This document shows positions 28,091-37,429 of a DNA stretch of 60,850 bases, in pieces. The translations under genes were made by a program, and so were the position numbers. Under the pieces are notes generated by a model. The model worked only from the letters and a program-made list of their open reading frames with translations. It did not search any database and was not told the origin of the DNA. This DNA comes from a virus (lineage: Duplodnaviria > Caudoviricetes): positions 1-60,850 of the IMG/VR virus record IMGVR_UViG_3300034990_000021; one strand, given 5' to 3'. The first letter of the stretch is position 1, and each line of letters starts with the position of its first letter.

Positions 28091-28306
28091 TCACCCCACT
28101 ACGTACCAGTCTTTAGCTCGCAGGTCGCTACTGGTGGGTGTGTAAGCTTTATCCATCCCGGAGATGTTGGTCAGTATTGGGCAGTGGCGTACTCCAGGAC
28201 GCAGCCAAGTGTCCTGCTCTTTACTATGGTACCAACCTACCCTACCAACACAATACCCCCTGGCCAAAAATTCAAGGGCTTGATCATAATCAAATCCGAA
28301 CATCAT
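28091..28306 (-). CDS. DUF2829/Tad2-like protein (possible Thoeris/CBASS signal sponge)
   Basis: F..ALE.L..G..V.R.GW at the N-end and YTPT.SDL.A.DW.VV at the C-end, 71 aa. Confidence 0.65.
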   Translation of the reverse strand: MMFGFDYDQALEFLARGYCVGRVGWYHSKEQDTWLRPGVRHCPILTNISGMDKAYTPTSSDLRAKDWYVVG

Positions 28307-29607
28307 TACAAGAGACTCCCATGTTGCCTGCCAAATCCGCGGCGACCGTAGCTACCAACACGCTTTGTTACGGACTCGTACCCGCTGGTACTTTTGCGCT
28401 CCCGTTGTATGATCGGTTCCAAAGCGTACCGGACCGAATCCCAGCAATCATCGTGCTTTTTAACCACTACTGGCAAGACGTCCTCAGTTTTAGCATCCAC
28501 CTTGTAGCTATACCGCTTAGCTTGGTCCGCTGTCCAGGGGCAACGGCTGTGGATAACGATCCGATCGTAGCCGCGCAGGTGTCGTAGGCCATCCTCAACC
28601 GACCCTTGCCATTTTGCGGCACCGCATACTCGTGGGTACCCGTGGCGCCGCATGTGGCTGATTGTTTCCGGTCGCGCGCAGTCGCTCCTAGTTACGTAAT
28701 CCCTAGCCCGTGGGATCTGATCAAAAAAGTTTGGGAGCTCGTCGTTATCGATACCAACACCGTATGCCTCATACTCGATCCACAACTCTCGTTTGAGCGA
28801 CTTGACTGGCCCAGTTATCCACGACCTCGTCATTACAGTAGGTGACTCGGCAAAGCCCCAGTCAATGCCCTGATATGGCCCATGCCATTCGCCGTGCCTT
28901 GGATCCCCAGGCTCAAAATCCGCCACTACCCATTTGCCCGCCAGGATTTGAGCCTTACTAACTTTTCGTGGGTTGCCGCCGTAAACGTTATCAGCCCGAT
29001 CTGGATCAGTAGCGTACATTTGGTCTTTGTCATCACGTATCTCAGTAGGCAGCCACGGATTATCCTCCCAGCCGGTCTTGATCACCAGCGAGTTTTTTGG
29101 CGGGTTAATCACAAAACGTTGATAGGTAGGATCAGACTCCTCATCCGGATTAAAACTCATCCAGATCTCTGAGCCTGGCTCGCGTATGGTGGGGATGAGA
29201 GATATCCAACTGAGCTCGCTTATACACTGCGCCTCCTCCACCCAAGCTACGTTAAACCCATAATACGATCGCATCGAGTGTACTGTGGCACGTAGGCCGA
29301 TAAACACAAACTCGCTACCGTTGACACCGCGGATCTCGTTTTGAAATACCCGGAAATGATCATGAAATCCAAGTTCTGAGATTTGGTCTTTGAGTACTTG
29401 ATGGACAGACTCTCGAATCGAATTTTGGAACTCCCTGCAGCACAGCACGCGCAATTTTGTTCGGGCACTGAGGATAATCAACGCACGCGCGATAGCGATC
29501 GTCTTCATTCCGCCGCGCCCGCCGTACAAGATTTTGAAGCGGTGCGGGTGAAACAGCCCCTCGAACTTGTAATGTAGTGCAGCATCAATCGCGGGTTGTT
29601 TGCGCAT
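28306..29607 (-). CDS. terL: Terminase large subunit, PBSX family
   Basis: YGGRGGMKT, REFQNSI..SV, WVEEAQ, LIPTIR, SFNP, GIDWGF, DCARPETI, HDDCWDSVRYA. Confidence 0.95.
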   Translation of the reverse strand: MRKQPAIDAALHYKFEGLFHPHRFKILYGGRGGMKTIAIARALIILSARTKLRVLCCREFQNSIRESVHQVLKDQISELGFHDHFRVFQNEIRGVNGSEFVFIGLRATVHSMRSYYGFNVAWVEEAQCISELSWISLIPTIREPGSEIWMSFNPDEESDPTYQRFVINPPKNSLVIKTGWEDNPWLPTEIRDDKDQMYATDPDRADNVYGGNPRKVSKAQILAGKWVVADFEPGDPRHGEWHGPYQGIDWGFAESPTVMTRSWITGPVKSLKRELWIEYEAYGVGIDNDELPNFFDQIPRARDYVTRSDCARPETISHMRRHGYPRVCGAAKWQGSVEDGLRHLRGYDRIVIHSRCPWTADQAKRYSYKVDAKTEDVLPVVVKKHDDCWDSVRYALEPIIQRERKSTSGYESVTKRVGSYGRRGFGRQHGSLL

Positions 29608-30251
29608 TAAGCACCATTGACATCAGCGTTATGAACATAGCCATCGCCATCACTACTGCCGCCGCCATCACCATTACCTTTACCGCCAACGAAGACCACA
29701 TTGACTTGAGTGGCTTGGTTCCCGCCGTTAGCGCCTCCCACAAAGATTCCGACATTGGGCCCCAACATCTTGAGGTACTCCATTAGGTTACGCATCGCGC
29801 GGTTTTTATCCCAGAGTTCGATTTTCACGGATCGCCTAATCAATTTGCCAGTGCGAGCGTCAAACTGCTCACAAAAGTGCGCAGACTTGGCTGCTTTGGT
29901 ACATTTTTCGGATCTCCCCTCTGCGATTATGACTCGACCATCGTCACCTACTCCAGCGTAGTCATTGAGGTCACTAAATGCTAATAGACAAAGCTCCTCA
30001 ATCGTCTTGACGGCTAGAGCATCGGGGTCACTGTGGCCAAATTTTTCCATCAGCCGCGCACGGATGGCCTCTTGTACCGACCGCTTTTTTAGCAGTTTTG
30101 CGCCGCCCCTCCCTCGTGACTGTCGTGATTTGTAGCGATACCCAGCCCGTTCCGCCGCCGCTCCGGCATCCAAGTCAACTAGCCACTCCTCGGCAAATCG
30201 CTGCTCGAGCAGCTGCTCCGTTTTTGGGTCAGGTATCTTCTTTTTCGGCAT
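29607..30251 (-). CDS. terS: Terminase small subunit
   Basis: F..EWLVDL.A..AA.RAGY..EL..LAFSD..IELWDK..A; probable start MPKKK at 30251. Confidence 0.85.
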   Translation of the reverse strand: MPKKKIPDPKTEQLLEQRFAEEWLVDLDAGAAAERAGYRYKSRQSRGRGGAKLLKKRSVQEAIRARLMEKFGHSDPDALAVKTIEELCLLAFSDLNDYAGVGDDGRVIIAEGRSEKCTKAAKSAHFCEQFDARTGKLIRRSVKIELWDKNRAMRNLMEYLKMLGPNVGIFVGGANGGNQATQVNVVFVGGKGNGDGGGSSDGDGYVHNADVNGA

Positions 30252-30260
30252 AATTCCCCA

Positions 30261-30289
30261 ATAATAACGACTAGATAGGACCTTGTCAA
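30261..30289 (-). promoter_or_regulatory. Consensus sigma70 promoter of the morphogenesis arm
   Basis: TTGACA(30289-30284)-17 bp-TATTAT(30266-30261); terS ATG 9 nt downstream. Confidence 0.75.
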
Positions 30290-30359
30290 GCAAAAAACGA
30301 CAGATCTGGGTGAATGAACGCTCACTCGCCGAAAAAGTCGCGGAGACACTGCCTGTCAC

Positions 30360-31090
30360 AGGCCCTGTTTTTATTAGGTTTTTCCCGCCGGCCAGCGAGC
30401 GCGCTATCTACCCGATATTACTTGTAAAAATGAGCGGCTGAGACATTACCTGCACCAAGGTGTTTCGCCCCAAAAAACCGTAAGTCGTTGTGCCCATTAC
30501 CATTTTTTACCCTTATGATACATGTTACACTTTATTCTCTCAAACAAACAAATTTGAAAAATGTAAATAATAACTCTGTAATTACATATAGGTTTAGATG
30601 GGATCGGTGTTACCTGTTGCAAAACCAAAAATTGCCTGATATAGCTGTAAACATTGAGGAAACGCAGCAGTGACAGCCAAAATTTACCTGCACCTAACCT
30701 GCACTTACCTGCTTTTTGGCCCATCGCGGAAAGCCTGGATAACAAAGGGGATTTTCCGGACGCGCCGGGAGTTGTTGAAACTGGCAATAATTGCGACCAC
30801 TTACAGCAGCCGGATTTATACTCAGTACACGGCTAAATGGCCCCATTTACACTCAGTGTACACCCCCATTTATACTGAGTGTACGCAGAGAGGGACAGGA
30901 GTCTAATGATTACGCCAAACTCCAACGCTTTATACTTAATACATTGTCAAATCGGCTAAGTACTGCATGACAAATGACATTTCAAAAATTTGTTTCGGCT
31001 GTGCGAAATCGCCAGTCGTTACGCACGCTTGCAAAGGCCTGTTTTATACTGGGTATAACGCCGCGCGATCACGGGTAGAAAGGATCCTCA
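30360..31090. promoter_or_regulatory. AT-rich divergence region with iteron-like and palindromic repeats (candidate origin/control region)
   Basis: TWACCTGCAC at 30446 and three times in tandem at 30684-30714; TAYACTSAGTRYA three times at 30817-30883; AT-rich tract about 30500-30600. Confidence 0.6.
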
Positions 31091-33136
31091 ATGATTACGT
31101 GCGATTACACAACGGCCGCAATTACGAAATTGTCGACATATGGTCTAAACACATCAGACGCTGAGGCCCTGGGCATCACAGAGATACCCCCGGGCGAGCT
31201 AGCTGGGTATTACAAAAATCCAAAACGTGGGGCTCTACGCTTTGCCTACCACGACTCGTCTGGTGTAGCGCACAGGCACAGCATGATGATCTGCCCACTG
31301 GGAGACAAATACTGGACCAGGGTCGTAACGCCTGACTGTCGAGTTTACTGGCCCAGGATAATAGACTGGGTTGGGCAGGCGTTGGACGACCCAGACCGCC
31401 AGATCCTAATCGTCAAAGATGAGCCCAATGCGGCTAGCCTGGCAAAACACGGCTACGCGGCAGTAGCTGTACCCGAGCCAGGTACTGACGATGTGGGGGG
31501 CGCTGACGATGGCAACAGCGGCCAACGAGTAGACGACCCCAGCACATTGATCCCCGAGCTGCAACGAGTCGTTTGGGCAGGCCGCAAAGTGTACCTGTGC
31601 TTATATGGTACGAGAGCGCCAAAATCCAAAAAGGTTGAGTCTGACCTAATAGCCGCAATCCAAGAGCGCGGTGCCACGGTAAGAGTAGTGATACTGCCAG
31701 AGCGCACAGACCCAAAGATGATATTACTGGACAATGGTACTGCAGCCATGGATACTCTGTTGGAGCGCGGCGAAAACCCACAATTTGTGCTCGACGCTCA
31801 GGACCCTTACCACATAGCCAGAGTGTATTTGGGTGATTGCCACAGAGACAAACGAGGGCGCTTGCTGTTACGCTGGCATCTTGAAGAGGCATACAAATAC
31901 GAGGATCAGTACTATAAAAGAGTCTCCACAAAAAATATCACCAGTGCCTTGTGGCCTTGGTTAGCCAGGCAGTGCAGGCTAGTTCGCAAGCGCATTTTTC
32001 CGTTCGCCCCGAACGAGTTAGTTGTACGCAACGTCAGATGCGCTTTGGACAGTCAAGCAATGACAGAAGCGCCCCCCGGAAATTGGTTAGTCCCCAATGA
32101 GTATGATGACAAAGATCTGATACCAGTACAAAACGGCCTGTACTGTTTTCAAACGCGCGAAGTCCTAAAACACACCCCAGACTTTTTCAGTATTCACCGC
32201 TTAAATTTCGCCTACGACCCGAAAACCATAAAAGGCCAACCAGAAAGGTTACTGCGCATCTTAGATCAGTGGTTTGGGGATGATCTAGTAATCCAATACT
32301 ACCAAGAGATCTTAGGGTTTCTGGTCGTCCCAATTAACCTCGGGTTACAAAAGATAGTATTTTTGTACGGGCCGCCACGATCTGGCAAGGGTACTACCTT
32401 CCAATTGTTAGAACATATGGTTGGAAAGCAAAATGTTGTAACTCCTAAATCGGGCGCGTTTGCGTATACCTTTGGGTCTTGGTCGATGATCGGCAAGCAA
32501 ATCATAGGAGTCACTGACACCAGGCTAAAACCTGCTGACGCCGACCGTTTACTCGAGTCACTACTAACAATCAGCGGTGGCGATTCGATCACGATCGAGC
32601 GGAAGTACAAAGAGCCATGGGTCGGCAAGATAGACGCACGTATCGTTTTGATATCCAATGATCTCCCAAACATCAAAGACTCGTCTGGCGCTTTTGTCTC
32701 TCGCATAGTACCGCTGCACTTCGTCCAATCCTTTTTAGGCCAGGAGGACACAACATTGATGTCAGACTTGAATGATGAACTCCCAACAATTTTCGACTGG
32801 GCGTTGGCCGGTTTTCGCCGGTTGAGAAGACGTGGGCACTTTAACATCCCTGGCAAGCTGGCGAGTGACGTCTTGCGCGCCATGCAGGAGACCACGTCCA
32901 CAATGGGGTCTTTTGTCTCAGACTGTTGCGTCGTGCGCGAAAATGCCTTTGTAGCCCGCCAGGATCTTTACACGAGTTGGAAACAGTGGTGCGTGCAGCA
33001 CGGTCACCAACACGGATCTACCAGTACCATGGGGAGGCAACTCAGCTCCTACATGGGCGGTAGGCTGAGGAGCAGGACTCACAGGATCAAAGGGCGTCAG
33101 ATCCGCTGTTACGTGGGCATCGGGCTCAAGCGATGA
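31091..33136 (+). CDS. Primase-helicase, P4/D5 family (degenerate Toprim-like N-part, SF3 helicase C-part)
   Basis: IPVQNGL..HTPDFF, GPPRSGKGT Walker A, ISGGD.ITIERKYK, SNDLP..D.SGA..R, C-terminal winged helix ending YVGIGLK. Confidence 0.9.
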   Translation: MITCDYTTAAITKLSTYGLNTSDAEALGITEIPPGELAGYYKNPKRGALRFAYHDSSGVAHRHSMMICPLGDKYWTRVVTPDCRVYWPRIIDWVGQALDDPDRQILIVKDEPNAASLAKHGYAAVAVPEPGTDDVGGADDGNSGQRVDDPSTLIPELQRVVWAGRKVYLCLYGTRAPKSKKVESDLIAAIQERGATVRVVILPERTDPKMILLDNGTAAMDTLLERGENPQFVLDAQDPYHIARVYLGDCHRDKRGRLLLRWHLEEAYKYEDQYYKRVSTKNITSALWPWLARQCRLVRKRIFPFAPNELVVRNVRCALDSQAMTEAPPGNWLVPNEYDDKDLIPVQNGLYCFQTREVLKHTPDFFSIHRLNFAYDPKTIKGQPERLLRILDQWFGDDLVIQYYQEILGFLVVPINLGLQKIVFLYGPPRSGKGTTFQLLEHMVGKQNVVTPKSGAFAYTFGSWSMIGKQIIGVTDTRLKPADADRLLESLLTISGGDSITIERKYKEPWVGKIDARIVLISNDLPNIKDSSGAFVSRIVPLHFVQSFLGQEDTTLMSDLNDELPTIFDWALAGFRRLRRRGHFNIPGKLASDVLRAMQETTSTMGSFVSDCCVVRENAFVARQDLYTSWKQWCVQHGHQHGSTSTMGRQLSSYMGGRLRSRTHRIKGRQIRCYVGIGLKR

Positions 33137-33152
33137 GCGCGAAATTTTCCGC

Positions 33153-33180
33153 TTGCAAATTAATCGCGGTATGCTACACT
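33153..33180 (+). promoter_or_regulatory. Sigma70-like promoter of the accessory operon
   Basis: TTGCAA-16-TACACT with extended TG, upstream of a GGAGG RBS. Confidence 0.5.
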
Positions 33181-33202
33181 ACTGGTACATATGGAGGACA
33201 GC

Positions 33203-33328
33203 ATGCAAAGCAGTGAAATCACAGCGAAACTGGCGGCGGCTAAGGCGCTCGCCAGGTATACGGCCAACCGCGTCGATTACATAGCGAAGCGCCCCAAGGC
33301 GGTGCCGGAGCGGAAAAAACATGGATAA
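33203..33328 (+). CDS. Small hypothetical (41 aa)
   Basis: GGAGG RBS; stop overlaps the next start (CATGGATAA). Confidence 0.5.
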   Translation: MQSSEITAKLAAAKALARYTANRVDYIAKRPKAVPERKKHG

Positions 33329-33662
33329 GGACGATCTGCTTAGGGGTTTTGGCTGGCTGAAGCTAGACTACCTACGCCGCCACCTAATACGCAGTCAGTA
33401 CAGCACCTTTGAGCAATGGTGGCCTGAGTTGGTACGTGACAGCCCGGAGCGATCCCTTTTAAGGCGCCAAGCTAGATCGATGATTTATGGCCTATGGTGT
33501 ACTGTTTTGGATCCAGACCTTTGGGAATGCTATGAGTACCTTTACGCCACAGGTAGTAATCTCGAAGATATCCCGTGGCCAATCATCGAGACTGCACTAG
33601 AGCGCTACATAACTATGAAGAGAAATTTAGAGTACTGGTGGGGTAAAAAAGCACATGGATAA
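33321..33662 (+). CDS. Unknown family A paralog 1 ('EDIPWPIIE')
   Basis: One of four tandem paralogs of about 110 aa. Confidence 0.85.
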   Translation: MDKDDLLRGFGWLKLDYLRRHLIRSQYSTFEQWWPELVRDSPERSLLRRQARSMIYGLWCTVLDPDLWECYEYLYATGSNLEDIPWPIIETALERYITMKRNLEYWWGKKAHG

Positions 33663-33981
33663 AAGCGACTTGCTTAGAGCTCTGAGCTCGTTGAGAGTAG
33701 ATTATTTAAGGTGCCACCTAAGGGAGAGTCCGTACAGCGCCCTTGAGGAGTGGTGGCGCACCCTGGTACGGGACAGTCGTAAATGCCCTCTTTTGAGACA
33801 TCAAGCCAAGGTGCTGTTTTACAGTCTCTGGTGTGCTGCGATGGGACGCTCGGATTTAGAAGCAGACGTGTGGGAGTGCTATGTATACTTATGTAAAACA
33901 AGGGGTAGCCTCGAAGATATCCCGTGGCCAATCATCGAGGAAGCATTAGGACTATGCCGGAGGCAAAGAGCGCATGGATAA
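33655..33981 (+). CDS. Unknown family A paralog 2
   Basis: Aligns end to end with its neighbours. Confidence 0.85.
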   Translation: MDKSDLLRALSSLRVDYLRCHLRESPYSALEEWWRTLVRDSRKCPLLRHQAKVLFYSLWCAAMGRSDLEADVWECYVYLCKTRGSLEDIPWPIIEEALGLCRRQRAHG

Positions 33982-34309
33982 GAACACAATACTAAGAGCT
34001 TTAAACTTGTTGCGCGTAGATCATCTACGCCAGCACCTAAAACGCAGTACGTGTAAAACTTTGGGAGATTGGTGGTCTGAGTTGGCGCAGGACAGTCGTA
34101 AATGCCCCTTTTTGAGGCACCAAGGTAAAGCACTGTTTTACAGCCTCTGGTGCGCCGCGGCGGGACGTCTAGATTTGGAAGCGGACGTTGAAGAGTGTTA
34201 TACGCACTTGTGCAGCTCGGAAGGCAACCTCGGTGATATCCCGTGGCCAATCATCGAGGAGGCGTTAGGGCAATACATAACAAAGCAGGTCTTTTTTAAG
34301 GTTTGGTGA
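33974..34309 (+). CDS. Unknown family A paralog 3
   Basis: Aligns end to end with its neighbours. Confidence 0.85.
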   Translation: MDKNTILRALNLLRVDHLRQHLKRSTCKTLGDWWSELAQDSRKCPFLRHQGKALFYSLWCAAAGRLDLEADVEECYTHLCSSEGNLGDIPWPIIEEALGQYITKQVFFKVW

Positions 34310-34344
34310 GCCGGGCTGATTGGTTGGTAGGAAGAGAGTGATGT

Positions 34345-34680
34345 ATGACTAAAGACGTGCTATCAAAGGCCCTAGATCGGTTGGGGCTATACTATCTACC
34401 GTATCACTTAGACTGCAGTCCGCACAACACGTTCGAAGAGTGGTGGTGGTGGTGGTGGTGTGTAATAATGCAAGATAACCACAATACTACTATTATAGGA
34501 CTTGAGGTCGCAACGATGATCTTCAGACTAAGCTCAGCCCTGGTCAGGTACCCAGATTTGCAGTCGGACTTGGTGGGGTGTTACATACACCTGACTGTCT
34601 CAGGGGGTAACCTCGAAGACGTACCGTGGCCAATTATCGAAGAGGGTTTAGATCAATATTGGGGGAAACATGCCCAGTAA
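34345..34680 (+). CDS. Unknown family A paralog 4 (W6 expansion)
   Basis: NLEDVPWPIIEE; the family's WW is expanded to six Trp. Confidence 0.8.
   Translation: MTKDVLSKALDRLGLYYLPYHLDCSPHNTFEEWWWWWWCVIMQDNHNTTIIGLEVATMIFRLSSALVRYPDLQSDLVGCYIHLTVSGGNLEDVPWPIIEEGLDQYWGKHAQ
34441..34458 (+). repeat. (TGG)6 microsatellite
   Basis: Read directly. Confidence 0.95.
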
Positions 34681-35128
34681 TAACAAGCCGGCAATTATTG
34701 GGCCCCGAGAATGGCTCTATCGATGCGTCGAGCGCGCGATCGAAACCGAGTGCAAATTATTTATGGCGCCGTACACTGACGCACTCAAAGCTCTCGATGC
34801 GGGCGAACGGTCGCTGCCAATCACAGAAAAGCCAGGACCTACATTCCACGAGCTTGCGTTGTCGTGGGCACATGAGGTCGGCACGTCGGGATTGGTCGTG
34901 TCCCGAGATCTCGACCTGAAGACTGGCCGGCGCTGCAACCAGTTTCTGATCGCAGACAAACTGGTCTTGAACGAACGCCAATGGGAGCTGTGCTACAAAG
35001 CCGGTCGGGAATTGCAGAACGAAGGCGTTCGGACTGCGAGCGGCCGTAGTGTAACGCTCCTACTTACCGCACGCATGGCATCAAGTACAACCCACCAAAA
35101 AAGACAAGGGGACGAAAATGGCTCGTGA
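34670..35128 (+). CDS. Hypothetical protein
   Basis: Overlaps both neighbours in the operon. Confidence 0.65.
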   Translation: MPSNNKPAIIGPREWLYRCVERAIETECKLFMAPYTDALKALDAGERSLPITEKPGPTFHELALSWAHEVGTSGLVVSRDLDLKTGRRCNQFLIADKLVLNERQWELCYKAGRELQNEGVRTASGRSVTLLLTARMASSTTHQKRQGDENGS

Positions 35129-35603
35129 TTCGCGAAGAAACCCATATACTGGAGATACCTTAGTCAGATCCGACGGAACACTCGCACTTTACGTGCTTGA
35201 GGTTACCCCCAATGATGGGTGTGTGACTTACCGTGTTTTTGATCGTCTTGAGCGATTACTATATGAGCGCAAAATAAAACTATCTGAGTGGAGGAAGTTA
35301 AAGTGGGAGGCTAAAGCGTACTGGGAAGTAAGCACTGACGAGGATATATCTACGAACCGCGATCCAAGAAATGACCCGCGCGAGGGAGATGTGATGGTCC
35401 ACTCCGATGGATCTGGTCTGTGCGTATGGAGCACAGAACTTTCCAACGACGGGCCGGTAACTACTCACACTGTAGGGTTACGCGGTAGCCCTGTAGGGTT
35501 ACGCGGTAGCCCTAATAAAGAGGTTACATGGGATCTAAGCGACTGGCGGAAATTTGATTGGACGGATTATACGCCAACCAGAAGGTGTAGTAGGAAAGGT
35601 TAG
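35118..35603 (+). CDS. Unknown family B paralog 1 (two RDPRxxPxxGD units)
   Basis: Internal duplication; 21-bp tandem duplication at 35471-35512. Confidence 0.8.
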   Translation: MARDSRRNPYTGDTLVRSDGTLALYVLEVTPNDGCVTYRVFDRLERLLYERKIKLSEWRKLKWEAKAYWEVSTDEDISTNRDPRNDPREGDVMVHSDGSGLCVWSTELSNDGPVTTHTVGLRGSPVGLRGSPNKEVTWDLSDWRKFDWTDYTPTRRCSRKG

Positions 35604-35612
35604 GGGACGAAA

Positions 35613-36506
35613 ATGGTTCGCGATCCTAGGAAAGCCCCATGCACTGGGGATACGCTAATCAGATCTGATGGGACACTTGCACTCTACGTGCTTGCGTCTG
35701 ATCTACACAATGATTGGGTACTTTATCGTGTTTTTGCCCCCTCCACCCGACTCAGTGCCGAGTACAAAAAAGCTCTAGCTAACTGGCGGGAGATAAGCGA
35801 GGCATATTTGGAAGATGGGGCACACTGGCAAGTAAGCACTAATACAGACGCAATTACTGAGCGTGATCCGAGAAAGGATCCACGCGAGGGGGATATGATG
35901 CTCCACTACAAAGGGCATGGCCTCCGCGTGTATAGAACAGCAGAATGGGCCGTGTTTGCCGAAACTGTAACGGCATCCGGCAAATCCAAGAAAGTTGCAA
36001 AGAGCCTATCTAGCTGGCGGAGGGTCGACTGGGTAAGCTACACGCCAATCAGAAGGTCTAGCAAGCCGGTTGCATTGCAGGACGGGGGAAAAACAGCTGG
36101 AGTTGCCACCACCACCACCACCACCACCACCACCACCACCACCGTCACCAAAAAAACCTGTGGCCACACGGGCCGTGAACCGATTAGTTACGTCAGGCCC
36201 GAACTGGTTGCCTGCCTAAGCCCAAACGTAGTTACGGAGTTACTCACTGTACAAACCCCTGAAGAGGTGCGAGCAACTGTAAAAGCCACTGACATAGCGG
36301 CCGCGGAAAACGCTGAGGCGAGGCTGCGCAAAAAAATCAGAGACTGGCCGTTTTGTCCGTACGCCGGGCGTAACGTGGAGCTGAAGATATTATTTCGCGA
36401 CAATGCGGATGGCTGTTACGCCTACGCTTGTTGGTACTGCCCGCATTGCCACCTAAGTGGTATTACACCCCAATTAAAATTGACGCATCGGTATGGTGAG
36501 GTATAA
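35613..36506 (+). CDS. Unknown family B paralog 2 with poly-Thr linker and Cys-rich C-terminal domain
   Basis: Same leader AGGGGACGAAAATGG and N-domain as 35118; T12; CWYCPHC. Confidence 0.8.
   Translation: MVRDPRKAPCTGDTLIRSDGTLALYVLASDLHNDWVLYRVFAPSTRLSAEYKKALANWREISEAYLEDGAHWQVSTNTDAITERDPRKDPREGDMMLHYKGHGLRVYRTAEWAVFAETVTASGKSKKVAKSLSSWRRVDWVSYTPIRRSSKPVALQDGGKTAGVATTTTTTTTTTTTVTKKTCGHTGREPISYVRPELVACLSPNVVTELLTVQTPEEVRATVKATDIAAAENAEARLRKKIRDWPFCPYAGRNVELKILFRDNADGCYAYACWYCPHCHLSGITPQLKLTHRYGEV
36108..36143 (+). repeat. (ACC)12 microsatellite
   Basis: Read directly. Confidence 0.95.
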
Positions 36507-36747
36507 AATGCCAAAAAGTTTTGACAGGCGAGTTTTGGATCGCTTAATAAACTACCTCCAACGTCCGAGGTCTTTCGGGGCCATTAAGGCCAAGCTTGAT
36601 GTCGACAGAGCTACGGTATACGTGTGGCTCCGGCGGGCTGATGAAACAGTGCGTGCACACGGTCAGGAGTTAGTACTCCGCGACAGTCTAAGTGGGCCAA
36701 AGATGCGACGCTACCAACTCATAGGTACTGGGGAGATGCTACAATGA
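36493..36747 (+). CDS. Helix-turn-helix protein
   Basis: PRSFGAIKAKLDVDRATVYVWLRR; stop overlaps the first hexapeptide gene. Confidence 0.7.
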   Translation: MVRYKMPKSFDRRVLDRLINYLQRPRSFGAIKAKLDVDRATVYVWLRRADETVRAHGQELVLRDSLSGPKMRRYQLIGTGEMLQ

Positions 36748-37403
36748 CCTTAGAGACATTTGACTTTGGCGATGGCAAAGGGCCCGTCCCGGCGCGTCGG
36801 CACAGCAATGGTAATGGGTGGGTCGCCAACACAGCCTATGTTGCCCCATCCGCTTACGTAGGCCCCGATGCTCAAGTGCGCGACTCCGCCCAAGTGCTTG
36901 ACAATGCGCAGATAGGCGCCTGGGCAAGGGTATATGGTAATGTTGTAATAAGTGACCGTGCAATGGTGGGAGGTAGCGCAAAAGTATCTGACCACGCACG
37001 GATACGCGACGAAGCCGTAGTATTTAGCTACGCACGGGTACGGGATTACTCACTGATATGTGATGAGGCTTTAGTCGGTGGCCATGTGCTGATACGTTAC
37101 CATGCCCAAGTACGAGATCGCGCACGGGTGTACGGGTGGGCGGTAATATGGCATAACGCAATAGTATGTGATGACGCAAGGTTATATGACAATGCGCATG
37201 TGTACAACCGCGCACAGGTATGTGGCAGTGCAGTTGTAGGCGGGTCTACAGTAATGTACGACCAGGCTGTAGCGTGCGGCAACGCGACTGTAGGTGGCCA
37301 TGTGGTGTTGTGTGATAGAGTCATTGTATGTGGGCACGCCAGCCTAAAGGGCACCACCAAGATCGGAGGCGCGCAAATTGTGTGGGGGGCTTGCGTGCTC
37401 TGA
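36744..37403 (+). CDS. Hexapeptide-repeat (LbH) protein 1, distinct subfamily
   Basis: RH.NG.GWVA.TA.V start, then [VI]x[DG]xA[RQV] hexads. Confidence 0.85.
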   Translation: MTLETFDFGDGKGPVPARRHSNGNGWVANTAYVAPSAYVGPDAQVRDSAQVLDNAQIGAWARVYGNVVISDRAMVGGSAKVSDHARIRDEAVVFSYARVRDYSLICDEALVGGHVLIRYHAQVRDRARVYGWAVIWHNAIVCDDARLYDNAHVYNRAQVCGSAVVGGSTVMYDQAVACGNATVGGHVVLCDRVIVCGHASLKGTTKIGGAQIVWGACVL

Positions 37404-37429
37404 GACGTCGTTTTTTTCGTTTTTTTTTG

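Noticed and set aside
30252-30906. terS N-terminal extension to 30359 and short ORFs in the divergence region
   Set aside because: The extension overlaps a consensus promoter; the short ORFs lie over AT-rich repeats and lack RBSs.
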